Origin: Patescibacteria group bacterium
Lineage (GTDB): Bacteria; Patescibacteriota; Minisyncoccia; Phycocordibacterales; WO2-35-19
NCBI GenBank assembly: GCA_038064735.1
Contig: JBBTSI010000004.1
Location: 1 to 49,920 of the forward strand
Reading direction: 5' to 3'
DNA: 49,920 nt
Shown here: positions 8,951 to 18,539 of the stretch, in pieces
How positions within the stretch are numbered: position 1 is the first letter of the stretch
How the letters are laid out: each line of letters starts with the position of its first letter
Notes under the pieces: generated by a model
The model's input: only the letters and a program-made list of their open reading frames with translations
What the model was told of the DNA's origin: nothing
Database searches by the model: none
Program-made: the position numbers and the translations under genes

Positions 8951-9427
8951 ATGGCAAAAAATATAAACAGAGTTGTTATATTGAATAATATAAGAAGCAA
9001 CGAGAATGTCGGCTCTATTTTCCGTACTGCAGATAGTGCTGGGATTTCTAAAATAGTTCTTTGTGGTTATACACCGGCGCCACTAGATCGGTTTGGTAGG
9101 GAAAACAAGGGACTCACCAAAGCTTCTTTGGGAGCGGAAAAATCAGTGGAATGGGAAAAGATAGAAAATTTGAAAGAAGCGATTAAAAAACTAAGAAATT
9201 TTGTAGTAGTTGGAATAGAACAAGATAAAAAAGCTATTGATTATAGGGAAATAAAAACTAAAGCTAAGAATAAAAATCTAGCTATAGTTTTTGGTAACGA
9301 AGTAGATGGATTATCAAAAGCAGATTTGAAACTTTGCGATATAGTAGCTGAACTTCCGATGCTCGGCACCAAAGAATCTCTCAACGTCTCCGTCTGTGCT
9401 GGAATTGTTTTGTATTCTTTGATCTAA
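8951..9427 (+). CDS. TrmH/SpoU family RNA methyltransferase
   Basis: NVGSIFRTAD, VFGNEVDG, ESLNVSV. Confidence 0.92.
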   Translation: MAKNINRVVILNNIRSNENVGSIFRTADSAGISKIVLCGYTPAPLDRFGRENKGLTKASLGAEKSVEWEKIENLKEAIKKLRNFVVVGIEQDKKAIDYREIKTKAKNKNLAIVFGNEVDGLSKADLKLCDIVAELPMLGTKESLNVSVCAGIVLYSLI

Positions 9428-10356
9428 TAACTGATTGAATCTACAACTAAATTATTTTGGTCATAAAGAGATATTTTATCGTGAGTAGTTCGCCAGAGCG
9501 GACCAAATTTATTTAGGTAAAGATGGTATTCCTTGCCTGGGAAATCAGTATCGCTGAAATGTAAAGCCACACAAGTGTTGTAGTTTATTTGTCCAGTAAG
9601 ATAAGTTTTACACGAACTCGTAACAGTATCAGGTAGTTTTCTTATGAACTCACTATCTACTGTGGTGCATCGTGATACTCGACGTATAGCTTTCAAACAT
9701 TCATCATTGCTATCTAAGTTGTTACTGAAGACAGGTAATTTTTCGTCTTTTGGTAGTGGACATTGTAAAGAAAGACCAGGAACAAAAGTTCGGTTTTCTT
9801 CAAAATAACCGGTGCATTTGTTTGTACGAAAAGAAACATTTATGGGAGAAAATCCTTTAGTTATGTAAACTTTATCTCCATATTGAAGGAGAACACTACT
9901 TTCATTTTTAGTAGAAGGAAATGGTAAAAGATTGGCTCCACCAATAACAGCATAGTAACCGGTCACATCGCTTTTGAAATACCACCCGGTTATTTTTACA
10001 GTTTCAGTTTTCTTTAGATTGGTGGAAAGAGAAATATATTCACGTTCCGGATCGTTGTTACGAAGCCCGTAAACACTGGACATTTTTATTTTGTTGTAAT
10101 AAGGCGAGTACTGACTCTTTTTGTTTTCTTTTTCAACAGCTGTTTGTAGTTTTTTTACACTTGCTTCTGTTTTTTTAATTTCTTCAGCAACATTTTTATT
10201 CGGAGAAAATTCTAGTTTATTAGTTTGTTTAATAGGAGAACTGTTGCTGCTGGTGGTGGTGTTTTTCTTTACGCTAGTATTTTTGAGTGAACCAAAAGCC
10301 AGTCCGAAAATGGCGAATAAAACTAAAATTATTATGACTGGGTTTGTGTCTTTCAT
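9424..10356 (-). CDS. membrane-anchored, Cys-containing hypothetical protein (lamin-tail-like)
   Basis: N-terminal TM; EYI.L, ITGW, I.LYD....VD motifs. Confidence 0.65.
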   Translation of the reverse strand: MKDTNPVIIILVLFAIFGLAFGSLKNTSVKKNTTTSSNSSPIKQTNKLEFSPNKNVAEEIKKTEASVKKLQTAVEKENKKSQYSPYYNKIKMSSVYGLRNNDPEREYISLSTNLKKTETVKITGWYFKSDVTGYYAVIGGANLLPFPSTKNESSVLLQYGDKVYITKGFSPINVSFRTNKCTGYFEENRTFVPGLSLQCPLPKDEKLPVFSNNLDSNDECLKAIRRVSRCTTVDSEFIRKLPDTVTSSCKTYLTGQINYNTCVALHFSDTDFPGKEYHLYLNKFGPLWRTTHDKISLYDQNNLVVDSISY

Positions 10357-10357
10357 T

Positions 10358-11218
10358 TTATTTATAAATAAGTTGATGGTTAGGGCAGAAATGGGCACTT
10401 CGGCCTTTAATTACCATTCTTTCTATTATACCTCTACATTTCGATTTTGGACATTTGTCGCCTTTACGGCTGTAAACATTGTGGAAATTTTGAAAGTTAC
10501 CTTTTTCACCGAAAGCGTTGCGGTAATCAGATTTGGAATCGCCACCTTCTTTGATTGAAAATTTTAAAATCTTTTGCATGGTCTTAAAAATTTCTGTAAA
10601 TTGTTTTTCTGGAATTTTGTCGGTTCTAGAGAGGGGATGGATGCTGACTTCCCAAAGGATTTCGTCGGAATAAATATTACCGATACCAGATAAAAGATTT
10701 TGTTCCATAAGAGCTGATTTTATCGGATACTTTTTAGTATGAAAAATTTTAAAAAATTTCTTAGCTGTAAATTTTGGGTCCAAAGGTTCGGACCCTAGTG
10801 TACCAATTCTTTTGTGTTGTTTTAGTTCTTCAGTTTTAAAAATATCAACCGAGGCAAATTTTCTCATATCTGCGAGTACCAGATCTTTTTTATCAGAAAG
10901 ATTAAATTTAAGATGGATAAACTTATTTTCCGGATATAAACCATACATGAGATTACCAGTCATCTTCATATGGACCACAATAGTATAATCATTATTTAAA
11001 TTTATTAAAATATTTTTACCTCTTCTTTCTATATCTTTTATATTTGTTCCGGTAACTATCTTTTTAAATTTTTCAAAATATTTTTTATTTTTGATATTCT
11101 GCCTATCGTTGTGTTTGGCACCAATATAAAAATCAGACCAGACATTTTCGATGGTCTTGCCAATAATTACTTTTTTTAAACCTTCAACTGTTGTATGTAC
11201 TTCCGGTAACTCGGGCAT
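10358..11218 (-). CDS. mutM: formamidopyrimidine-DNA glycosylase
   Basis: MPELPEV N-terminus, RRGK, GIGNIYSDE, C-terminal zinc finger. Confidence 0.95.
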   Translation of the reverse strand: MPELPEVHTTVEGLKKVIIGKTIENVWSDFYIGAKHNDRQNIKNKKYFEKFKKIVTGTNIKDIERRGKNILINLNNDYTIVVHMKMTGNLMYGLYPENKFIHLKFNLSDKKDLVLADMRKFASVDIFKTEELKQHKRIGTLGSEPLDPKFTAKKFFKIFHTKKYPIKSALMEQNLLSGIGNIYSDEILWEVSIHPLSRTDKIPEKQFTEIFKTMQKILKFSIKEGGDSKSDYRNAFGEKGNFQNFHNVYSRKGDKCPKSKCRGIIERMVIKGRSAHFCPNHQLIYK

Positions 11219-11219
11219 T

Positions 11220-12521
11220 TTATTTTTTTAAAACTTTTTGGAGTTCTTCGCGAGCTACGGTGGCGTCATCCCATTCTTGTCTGCTTCCATCAGGGCCACA
11301 AATACATGGGTCGGTACCTTTACCTGTGATAAGCACGGCAACTTTGTATTTATCACCACTTGTTTGTTTTATATTCAAAGCATTTTGGATAGCTTTATTT
11401 ATAGCTTCGCGTCTATCCATTATTATCTCAATAGGTTTCTTTTTTATACCTTTTTTCACGTCTTCTACGATTTTTTCCGGATCTTCATCATAAGGATCTT
11501 CGTTGGTCAGAATTATTTGATCGCAATATTTATCGGCAATTTTACCCATCTCCTCTCTTTTCCATTTATCTCGACCTCCACCGGTATTACCCAAAATACA
11601 TATTTTTTTACAGCTGTTGTACGTCTCATAAATCGCTTTAAGGGAATCTGGAGTATGGGCATAATCAACCACTACATCAAAATTTTGTTCTTGCTCAACT
11701 TCGCTATTCGGATAAACATTTATTTTTTCCATTCGGCCTCTTATGAAATTTATTTCTTCAAGGCCCTTTTTTATTTTTTCTTCTGGGATACCAATAAATT
11801 TAGCGTAAGCTATCGCTCCTAACATATTGTAAATATTAAAAACACCTGGCAATTTGCTGTGAATAACCAATTTGCCAACTTGAAAAGATGAACCCTGCTC
11901 GTTAGCTTTCATGGAAACAGTGTCATCGAGAGAGTAGGGGATTTTATTTTCTATATTGAGTGCCAAAAATTTTTCACTTTCTTTGTCATCAATATTTGCA
12001 ATCATTATTTTATCTTTCTTATTTTCTAATTCTTTAGCAATCAGAATTTTAGCATTCACATAATTTTCATAAGAACCGTGGGATTCAATATGCTCCGGTG
12101 CCAAGTTGGTGAAAATTAAAGCATCCGGATAAATGAATTTGTGTCTAAATTGTTTGGAACCCTCACTGCTCATTTCAATGATGGCGTGGGTGCATCCGGC
12201 TTCTATTGCTTCTCGTAAGAATTTTTGGGTGGCAAATCGCCCCGGCATGGTCATTTTAAAAAGATTTCTTTTTTCTTCGTCTCCTATTTTGAAACGTAAA
12301 GTACTTTGCAAAGCAGTTTTGTATCCACCGGCTTCTAGTGTGGCATTTACTAATTCTGTAGTGGTAGTTTTCCCTTTGGTGCCAGTAACTCCTATTACAA
12401 TTAATTTCCTAGAAGGAAAACGGTAGATCAAAGCACCTAAAAGCGCCAAGCTGTAATGATAAGCCGGCTGAAAAAATTCAAATATGGGTTTTGGTATTAT
12501 TTTTTTTAGGGTTCTCAGCAT
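11220..12521 (-). CDS. murE: UDP-MurNAc-tripeptide synthetase (MurE family)
   Basis: GVTGTKGKTT, FTNL..EH, DYAHTPD, ITGKG. Confidence 0.88.
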   Translation of the reverse strand: MLRTLKKIIPKPIFEFFQPAYHYSLALLGALIYRFPSRKLIVIGVTGTKGKTTTTELVNATLEAGGYKTALQSTLRFKIGDEEKRNLFKMTMPGRFATQKFLREAIEAGCTHAIIEMSSEGSKQFRHKFIYPDALIFTNLAPEHIESHGSYENYVNAKILIAKELENKKDKIMIANIDDKESEKFLALNIENKIPYSLDDTVSMKANEQGSSFQVGKLVIHSKLPGVFNIYNMLGAIAYAKFIGIPEEKIKKGLEEINFIRGRMEKINVYPNSEVEQEQNFDVVVDYAHTPDSLKAIYETYNSCKKICILGNTGGGRDKWKREEMGKIADKYCDQIILTNEDPYDEDPEKIVEDVKKGIKKKPIEIIMDRREAINKAIQNALNIKQTSGDKYKVAVLITGKGTDPCICGPDGSRQEWDDATVAREELQKVLKK

Positions 12522-12547
12522 CTTTAAATTTATTTTGCTTATTTATT

Positions 12548-13114
12548 TTATTTTCCTAAATTTTTTAGAGCGTATTTTATTTTTTCATTGGCTCCGGTCA
12601 AAGTTTTTGGCAAAGCTTTGATAGTTTCTTGAATGTCGCGGTCTCTATAACCCAATGATTTTAGAGCTTCAAAGACATCTATATCTTCACTTGATACCGT
12701 TTCACCTTTGCGAGTTGTACCAAATTTACCAGAAAGTTCCAAAACTATTTTTTCAGCAGTTTTTCTGCCGATGCCGGAAATTTTGGTAAGAGAAGTGGTG
12801 TCATTTGTGGCTACAGCTTCTTCAATTGCATTTACTCCAGCTACAGAGAGTATCGCTAGTCCGGATTTTGGACCAACACCAGAAACGGTAATTAAAAGTT
12901 CAAAAACCTTGAGCTCTTCTTCGGTCTCAAATCCGTAAAGGTCTATAGAATTTTCACGTACTGCAGTGTGGGTCCAAAAACTGGCTTCCTGGCCGACTCT
13001 AAGCTTGCTTAAGTATGAGAGAGTACTGTGTACCGAAAAACCAATACCGTGAGCATCTACAATGGTTTTTGTGCCTTTCAAATCAAATATTTTGCCTGTG
13101 ATATGCCCAAACAT
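12548..13114 (-). CDS. ruvA: Holliday junction branch migration protein RuvA
   Basis: VRE...LYGF, VSGVGPK, GIGRKTAEKI.LEL. Confidence 0.95.
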   Translation of the reverse strand: MFGHITGKIFDLKGTKTIVDAHGIGFSVHSTLSYLSKLRVGQEASFWTHTAVRENSIDLYGFETEEELKVFELLITVSGVGPKSGLAILSVAGVNAIEEAVATNDTTSLTKISGIGRKTAEKIVLELSGKFGTTRKGETVSSEDIDVFEALKSLGYRDRDIQETIKALPKTLTGANEKIKYALKNLGK

Positions 13115-13219
13115 AAGTAAGATGAGTTATGAATTAAGAATTATGAATAATGGTAGCTCAAAAACGAAAAATTAGCATTGTTGCAAAAAATATATGAGTG
13201 TGTTAATTTACTGATACAT

Positions 13220-13480
13220 ATGCCAATAACAAGTTCAGCTAAAAAAGCCCTACGTTCTTCCAAGAGGAAGAAAGTTTTTAATTCTCGTCGCAAAAACGAG
13301 ATGAATTCTGTTGTTAAAGAATACAAAAAATTGGTTTTGGCTAAAAAATCTGATGAAGCCAGAAAGCTCATCCCGAAACTTCAGCAAGCTATAGATAAGG
13401 CTAAAAAGAGGGGAATTATCAAAGGCAATACTGCTTCCCGCAAAAAAGCCCGTCTCATCAAAATAACTGTAAAAATATAA
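13220..13480 (+). CDS. rpsT: 30S ribosomal protein S20
   Basis: MPITSSAKKALR, IDKA.KRGII..NTASRKK. Confidence 0.95.
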   Translation: MPITSSAKKALRSSKRKKVFNSRRKNEMNSVVKEYKKLVLAKKSDEARKLIPKLQQAIDKAKKRGIIKGNTASRKKARLIKITVKI

Positions 13481-13484
13481 AATT

Positions 13485-13511
13485 AAAAAGTGGCTAAATA
13501 GCCACTTTTTT
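13485..13511. terminator. terminator-like hairpin
   Basis: AAAAAGTGGCTA-aa-TAGCCACTTTTT. Confidence 0.65.
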
Positions 13512-13534
13512 GTTAATGTTTGATTGTTCCAATT

Positions 13535-13606
13535 GCTCCCATCGTTCAATGGATAGGACATGACTTTGCGGAAGTTAAAATGTAGGTTCGATTCCTACTG
13601 GGAGCA
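13535..13606 (+). tRNA. tRNA-Arg(GCG)
   Basis: GCTCCCA/TGGGAGC acceptor; anticodon loop TTGCGGA; GGTTCGATTCC. Confidence 0.9.
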
Positions 13607-13752
13607 CTACGAAGTAGTGCATAAAAAAGAATATTCGGAGAATACACATAACCAGCAAGCCTAACCTGATTCGTACGTAGTAACGATTAGGCTTACTGGG
13701 AGCACAAATAAAAGAAATTGCCACCCCAATCGAGATCAGGGTGGCTTGAAAA

Positions 13753-14091
13753 CTAAAGAGCAACTCTGGCAAATCTTGTTGTAGCCTCGGTCTTTTTGTC
13801 GTCTATGTTTATAAGTTGTCTTGACGAAAAGACGCCCAAAACAAACCATTCTGGGTATGTGTGTGGCGATTTTGCTCTTTCTGCAAAAATTTTTTTAAGT
13901 AGATCAACAGAGATGGTGGTGTTCATCTGATACGACTTTGGTGCATTTTCAGTTGGGAACCAAGGTGGTAATTGCCAGTGTGTTCCGTTTACTATTGTAC
14001 CGCTATCCATAACACGGCGATCAATTGGTAAACAGGAGCGAATTTCTTGAGTGTTGAAAGACATAATCAGAACAGCATGGTTTTTTGTCAT
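13753..14091 (-). CDS. hypothetical protein
   Basis: ORF with AGGAG upstream of MTKNH; start uncertain. Confidence 0.5.
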   Translation of the reverse strand: MTKNHAVLIMSFNTQEIRSCLPIDRRVMDSGTIVNGTHWQLPPWFPTENAPKSYQMNTTISVDLLKKIFAERAKSPHTYPEWFVLGVFSSRQLINIDDKKTEATTRFARVAL

Positions 14092-14181
14092 CCTCAGATC
14101 TCCTAAAAAGTATAATTTTTCCAAAGAAAAAATACCAAGATAGCAGAATGATGTCAAATTTTCTGTGGAAAAAGGTAGAGA

Positions 14182-14655
14182 TTATTTGGCCAATATTTTA
14201 TCAAACCACTTGTGAACGAGAGACTCTTGCAAAAATTCTTCTTCCAAAAATTCTAAGAGGACATCTCTGACATCGTTGAGATCAACTTCTTCGTTAATGG
14301 GAATAACAACTAAAGGCAAAACAGAATTTACTGAGCGCAATAGTATGCGGGCTCCATGAGTGTGTTCGTCTTCAATCCAAAAAGAGCGGTAAGAGAGCCA
14401 AGGATAAAGGAACTTGCCGAAAATGATGCCTTTACTGGAAACTTGTATCGGAACTATTTTCGTCTCCCTATATGAGAGCATGCCTATGGTGGCTCCGGCG
14501 ATTATTATAAATATACCAAAAAGGAAATTGCCAAAATAAAAAGCCAAGACCGATGCTCCCAAAACAATAGCGCCAAGTATCCAATACCAGTCGTTGGATT
14601 TTTTGTCGAAATGATGTTCGGGCGAATGCCATGCTAAAATAATTTCGTGTTCCAT
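14182..14655 (-). CDS. conserved CPR-type two-TM protein with soluble C-terminal domain
   Basis: W..PE....K..DWYW, two TMs, YRSFWI. Confidence 0.75.
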   Translation of the reverse strand: MEHEIILAWHSPEHHFDKKSNDWYWILGAIVLGASVLAFYFGNFLFGIFIIIAGATIGMLSYRETKIVPIQVSSKGIIFGKFLYPWLSYRSFWIEDEHTHGARILLRSVNSVLPLVVIPINEEVDLNDVRDVLLEFLEEEFLQESLVHKWFDKILAK

Positions 14656-14695
14656 TTAATATATTTTACCACAAAAAATATTTTGCAAAGAGGAT

Positions 14696-14780
14696 AACTC
14701 ACCCTGCCCTCTTTTACAACAAGAGAGGGTTTCCGAAAGCCCCTTCCATTGTTGTAAGGGAAGGGATTTAGGGATGAGTT
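14696..14780. repeat. inverted doublet of family C repeats
   Basis: AACTCACCCT-GCCCTCTT...AAGAGAGGG / CCCTTCC...GGGAAGGG-TTTAGGGATGAGTT. Confidence 0.6.
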
Positions 14781-15150
14781 ATTTTACTTTGGTGCCTGGC
14801 AACACTGTTTCGGGAACTTTAAGGAGAGAGAAAAACCCATCACTGGTTTCAGTTTTGTTTCCGGAAAAAGCCATTATCATCGCTTCGCTTTTTAATCCCA
14901 TCATTTCTCTTGGTTCCAAATTGGTGACGAAAGCGCAAGTGGTACCAACTAGTTCTTCAATAGTTACGAATTTAGCTATACCCGATAAAACTTGCCGGAT
15001 ATTTCTTCCTTCGCCCGCCGAAGCTTCAGCGGAGGCGGGGCCAAAATCTACCGAGAGTTTTAATAATTTCTCCGAACCTTCTACCGGCTCTGCACTTAAT
15101 ATTTTCCCCGCTCTTATTTCTACCTTTTTGAAATCGTCTATGGTTATCAT
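14779..15150 (-). CDS. stand-alone tRNA-binding OB-fold protein (MetRS C-terminal/Trbp111/CsaA-like)
   Basis: ITIDDF.KVEIR.GKI, KLLKL.VDFG, RQVLSGI, NLEPR.MMG..SEAM. Confidence 0.9.
   Translation of the reverse strand: MITIDDFKKVEIRAGKILSAEPVEGSEKLLKLSVDFGPASAEASAGEGRNIRQVLSGIAKFVTIEELVGTTCAFVTNLEPREMMGLKSEAMIMAFSGNKTETSDGFFSLLKVPETVLPGTKVK
15008..15039 (+). repeat. family B short palindrome, in frame in the tRNA-binding protein (PASAEASAGEG)
   Basis: CCCGCCGAAGCTTCAGCGGAGGCGGG. Confidence 0.8.
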
Positions 15151-15151
15151 G

Positions 15152-15237
15152 CGGAGGCGGTGGGATTCGAACTCACGACGCCTTGCGGCGTACCCGTTTT
15201 CAAGACGGGCGCACTAGACCAACTATGCGACGCCTCC
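15152..15237 (-). tRNA. tRNA-Ser(TGA)
   Basis: GGAGGCG/CGCCTCC acceptor; CCCGT-CTTGAAA-ACGGG anticodon arm; long variable arm. Confidence 0.93.
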
Positions 15238-15389
15238 GTATTTTTGTCAACTCTTGTAAATAAATTATGTTTATTCAACTAACTCTGAAATAATTACATA
15301 TTTTGAGTGTTTTTTCAACCTTATTTTAAGGTGTTTTGAACGGCTCAACGCGTTGAGCCGTTCTTGGCAAAGCGTGTTAATATAATTGT

Positions 15390-16100
15390 ATGAGAAAAAT
15401 TATTGTCGATAAAGAAGTATTTGAAAAGTTTCCAGGATTTAACCGCGGGATTATTGTTATAGAAAATTTGGAAAATAAAGATGCTGAGTCGGAAATCCAG
15501 AAAATGTTGGATGAACAGATGCAAAAAAGAGCAGGAGACGGCGAAGGTGTTTTGCAAAGTGAATTTATAAAAGCTTGGGATGATATTTATGTGAAGTTTG
15601 GTGCTAATCCAAACAAATTCCCGCCGTCAATTAAATCTTTATTAAAAAGAGTTTCCAAAGGCGGTCAAATTCCTTTCATAAATTCTGTTGTAGCTTTGTT
15701 TAATATTATCTCACTTAAATATCTGATTCCTTGCGGAGGAGACGATGTGGATACGATTAAAGGTAATTTGAAGTTAGGAATTGCCAAAGGTGACGAAGAT
15801 TTCACTTCTCTCGGTAGTACCGAATTGGAAAATCCAGAAAACGGAGAAGTTATTTATTTTGACGAAGTTACAAATAATGTAATGTGTCGCAGGTGGAATT
15901 GGCGCAATGGCGATTTTTCCAAAATAACTACTAGTACTAAAAAAATTGTGATCAATGTGGATGGTATCGGTCCAGCTAATGAAACTTTGATTGTAGAAGC
16001 TCGTAATGAACTCGCAGATTTGCTTACAAAATATTGTGGCGCCAAGTGTCAGACTGATTTATTGAATAGTGAAAAATCAGAAATAGAAATTGCATTATGA
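15390..16100 (+). CDS. B3/4 domain protein (PheRS-beta editing-like)
   Basis: PPSI.SLLKR, INSVV.L.N.ISL, GGDD, CRRWNWR. Confidence 0.88.
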   Translation: MRKIIVDKEVFEKFPGFNRGIIVIENLENKDAESEIQKMLDEQMQKRAGDGEGVLQSEFIKAWDDIYVKFGANPNKFPPSIKSLLKRVSKGGQIPFINSVVALFNIISLKYLIPCGGDDVDTIKGNLKLGIAKGDEDFTSLGSTELENPENGEVIYFDEVTNNVMCRRWNWRNGDFSKITTSTKKIVINVDGIGPANETLIVEARNELADLLTKYCGAKCQTDLLNSEKSEIEIAL

Positions 16101-16486
16101 AATATTTAGGTATTGATTTTGGAAGCAAAAGAGTAGGAGTAGCGGTCTCTGACGATGATGGTAAAATGGCTTTCCCGTACTCAGTAATTTCTAATAGTGA
16201 AAAACTTTTGAAAGAAATAAAAGAAATAATAAAGAAAGAAAAGATTGAACAAATAATAATAGGGGAGTCCAAAAATTTTCAAGGTGAACCAAACAAAATT
16301 CAGGCTTCAGTTGAAGATTTTAAAAAAAAGCTTGAAGAAAAATTAAATATAAAAGTTTGGTTTGAACCAGAATTTATGACTTCCTCTCAAGCTGAACACG
16401 TACAGGGTAAAACCGAGATGCATGACGCCTCCGCTGCCGCCATTATCCTCCAATCTTTTCTCGACAAAAATCAACATGTGATATAA
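16097..16486 (+). CDS. ruvX: YqgF/RuvX family nuclease
   Basis: LGIDFGSKRVGVAVSD, EF.TS, DA.AAAIILQSFLD. Confidence 0.92.
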   Translation: MKYLGIDFGSKRVGVAVSDDDGKMAFPYSVISNSEKLLKEIKEIIKKEKIEQIIIGESKNFQGEPNKIQASVEDFKKKLEEKLNIKVWFEPEFMTSSQAEHVQGKTEMHDASAAAIILQSFLDKNQHVI

Positions 16487-16493
16487 TTTGGAC

Positions 16494-17456
16494 ATGAAAT
16501 TCGGATTTTTATCCAAACACTTTCCACTAGAAAAATTTTTGAAACCTTCATGTATAGGGATTTCTTTTTCTGACGAAAATATCAAAGCAGTTTTGCTGAA
16601 CAATCTTTCAAGTAAACCTTCTTTAAAAAGCGCCATTATGCCGATAGAAAAAGGATCTATTATTAATGGAAGGATTATAAATGCTGCCGAAGTCACCAAA
16701 AAACTTTCTATTATGAGAAAAGATTTTAATTTGCCATTTGTCTTTTTTACTGTGCCGGATGAATTGGCTTATGTTTTTTCGACAACAATATTAGTTAGTG
16801 AAAAAAGTAATGCTAACGATAATATCGCTTCCATAATAGAAGAAAATGTACCCCTTACTTTAGACGATGCTGTTTTTGATTTTGTACCAATAAAAGTTGT
16901 TCGCTCTGATGTAGAGTACAGTGCTTCTGTTGTTGTTGCGGCCTGTGTCAAACAAGAAGTGGAAAAATTTATACAAGTATTTCGTAAAGCCGAATTTGAA
17001 CCAATAGGTTGTATTCATGAATCCCAGGCCATAACTAATGCTTTGACTTCAAAAAAATCCTCAGGAACATTGTGTATTGTTCACGCTAGAGGTACCAGAA
17101 TTGGTATATATTTGGTTAAGGATAATTTGGTTATCTTTTCAACACTGAGGTCTGTTTTGGAAGAGGATTATAAAAAACAGTTTTTAGATGAATACGATAA
17201 ATTTTTGGAATATTGTATGAAATATGCTACTGATGGGGGACAGACAATAAAATCAGTATTAGTTTGTGGAGAATTTGAATATGCCAAAAAAGTAGTTGAG
17301 GCCATAAATGATTCTAAAAATAACGGAGAAGATGTGAAATTATCAAATGTTTGGACCAATGTTTTTGAAATAAATAAACACCTTCCAGATGTTCCTTATG
17401 AAAAATCTTTAAGTTTTGCTGGTCCAATCGGGGCAGCTTTGTCAGAAATAATATAA
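16494..17456 (+). CDS. pilM: type IV pilus assembly PilM-like protein
   Basis: actin-like pattern GISFSD..IK; EENVPL...DA.FDF; IGAAL end; pilMNO synteny. Confidence 0.7.
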   Translation: MKFGFLSKHFPLEKFLKPSCIGISFSDENIKAVLLNNLSSKPSLKSAIMPIEKGSIINGRIINAAEVTKKLSIMRKDFNLPFVFFTVPDELAYVFSTTILVSEKSNANDNIASIIEENVPLTLDDAVFDFVPIKVVRSDVEYSASVVVAACVKQEVEKFIQVFRKAEFEPIGCIHESQAITNALTSKKSSGTLCIVHARGTRIGIYLVKDNLVIFSTLRSVLEEDYKKQFLDEYDKFLEYCMKYATDGGQTIKSVLVCGEFEYAKKVVEAINDSKNNGEDVKLSNVWTNVFEINKHLPDVPYEKSLSFAGPIGAALSEII

Positions 17457-17457
17457 A

Positions 17458-18009
17458 ATGAATCTTTTACCAGATACAGAAAAAGAGGGTTTAAAAAAGG
17501 GTTTAAAGCTCCGCTCTTTGATTTTGGGAGCGCTTGTTATATCTATTTCTTTTTTGGCAGGCCTCATTATGCTTGTGCCTTCTTATTTTTTAACTTTAGC
17601 AAATATTTCTAATACTAAATCTGAAAATTACTCTTCTGTCTTAAAAGAGGAAGTATCAGTCAAACAAGTCGTAGATTTGCCAGAAGAGATAAATTATAAA
17701 ATGAATTTTTTACAATCCTATAATGAAAATGTTTCGGTGGCGGATTCTATCTCTCAGATAATCAAGTATCTGCCGGCAGGAGTAAAATTAAATTCTGTAT
17801 CATTTGAAAAAAATCAGGTTTACAAAGAAAAAACGGGTATAATTATTTTGGTTTCCGGTATAGCTTTTGATAGAGATTCTTTGGTCAATTTTTCGACATC
17901 TTTAAAAGAGTCCAAACTTTTTTCTGAAGTTAATGTGCCGGTTTCTAGTTTGACTAAAGGTAAAGACCTCCCTTTTTCTATGAATATTTTTATTGAAAAT
18001 GGTAAATAA
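17458..18009 (+). CDS. pilN: PilN-like protein
   Basis: MNLLP start, single TM, G.A..RDSL..F..SL..S..FSEV. Confidence 0.7.
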   Translation: MNLLPDTEKEGLKKGLKLRSLILGALVISISFLAGLIMLVPSYFLTLANISNTKSENYSSVLKEEVSVKQVVDLPEEINYKMNFLQSYNENVSVADSISQIIKYLPAGVKLNSVSFEKNQVYKEKTGIIILVSGIAFDRDSLVNFSTSLKESKLFSEVNVPVSSLTKGKDLPFSMNIFIENGK

Positions 18010-18011
18010 AT

Positions 18012-18539
18012 ATGAATAACTGGATTCCAAAAAACAAAACTGTGAGATGGGCTGTTTCAGCGGTTTTGGTAAGTGTTATTTTATATTTTGTCGGAGTATT
18101 TGTGGTTTTTGTTGAAATGAAAAAATTGGAAAACCTTTATAATGACACTGAATCACAATTTTCTAAAGAAGAAAAATTTCGTGTTATTAAATCAGTTGCT
18201 GATGTAAATCAAGAAACAATCAACAAACTGAGAAGCTTCTTTATTCAGAAAGGTGATGAGGTGAAATTTATAGAGCAAATAGAAACAATCGCTAAAAATG
18301 CGGGCATAAAGTTTGAAATCGAATCCATAGATGTTAAGACTGGGCAAGAAAATTCTGTTTTTAAAGAAGATATAGAAGTAAAAATGAGTATGGAAGGGTC
18401 TTGGGAATCAGCATTATCTTTCCTAAACAAATTGGAAAAATTACCATTTGGAGCATCGGTAAGTGGCGTTAGTTTAAATTCTTCTGGTCTTGGGACGTGG
18501 TCAGGTTCTATTAAATTTATTATTTTCAGAGAAAAATGA
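18012..18539 (+). CDS. pilO: PilO-like protein
   Basis: single TM, coiled coil, EGSW....FL.KLE.LP; synteny. Confidence 0.65.
   Translation: MNNWIPKNKTVRWAVSAVLVSVILYFVGVFVVFVEMKKLENLYNDTESQFSKEEKFRVIKSVADVNQETINKLRSFFIQKGDEVKFIEQIETIAKNAGIKFEIESIDVKTGQENSVFKEDIEVKMSMEGSWESALSFLNKLEKLPFGASVSGVSLNSSGLGTWSGSIKFIIFREK

Noticed and set aside
11688-11718. Short MurE insertion (YPNSEVEQ) as a family B copy
   Set aside because: Only weak similarity (CCGAATAGCGAAG) and no clear palindrome.
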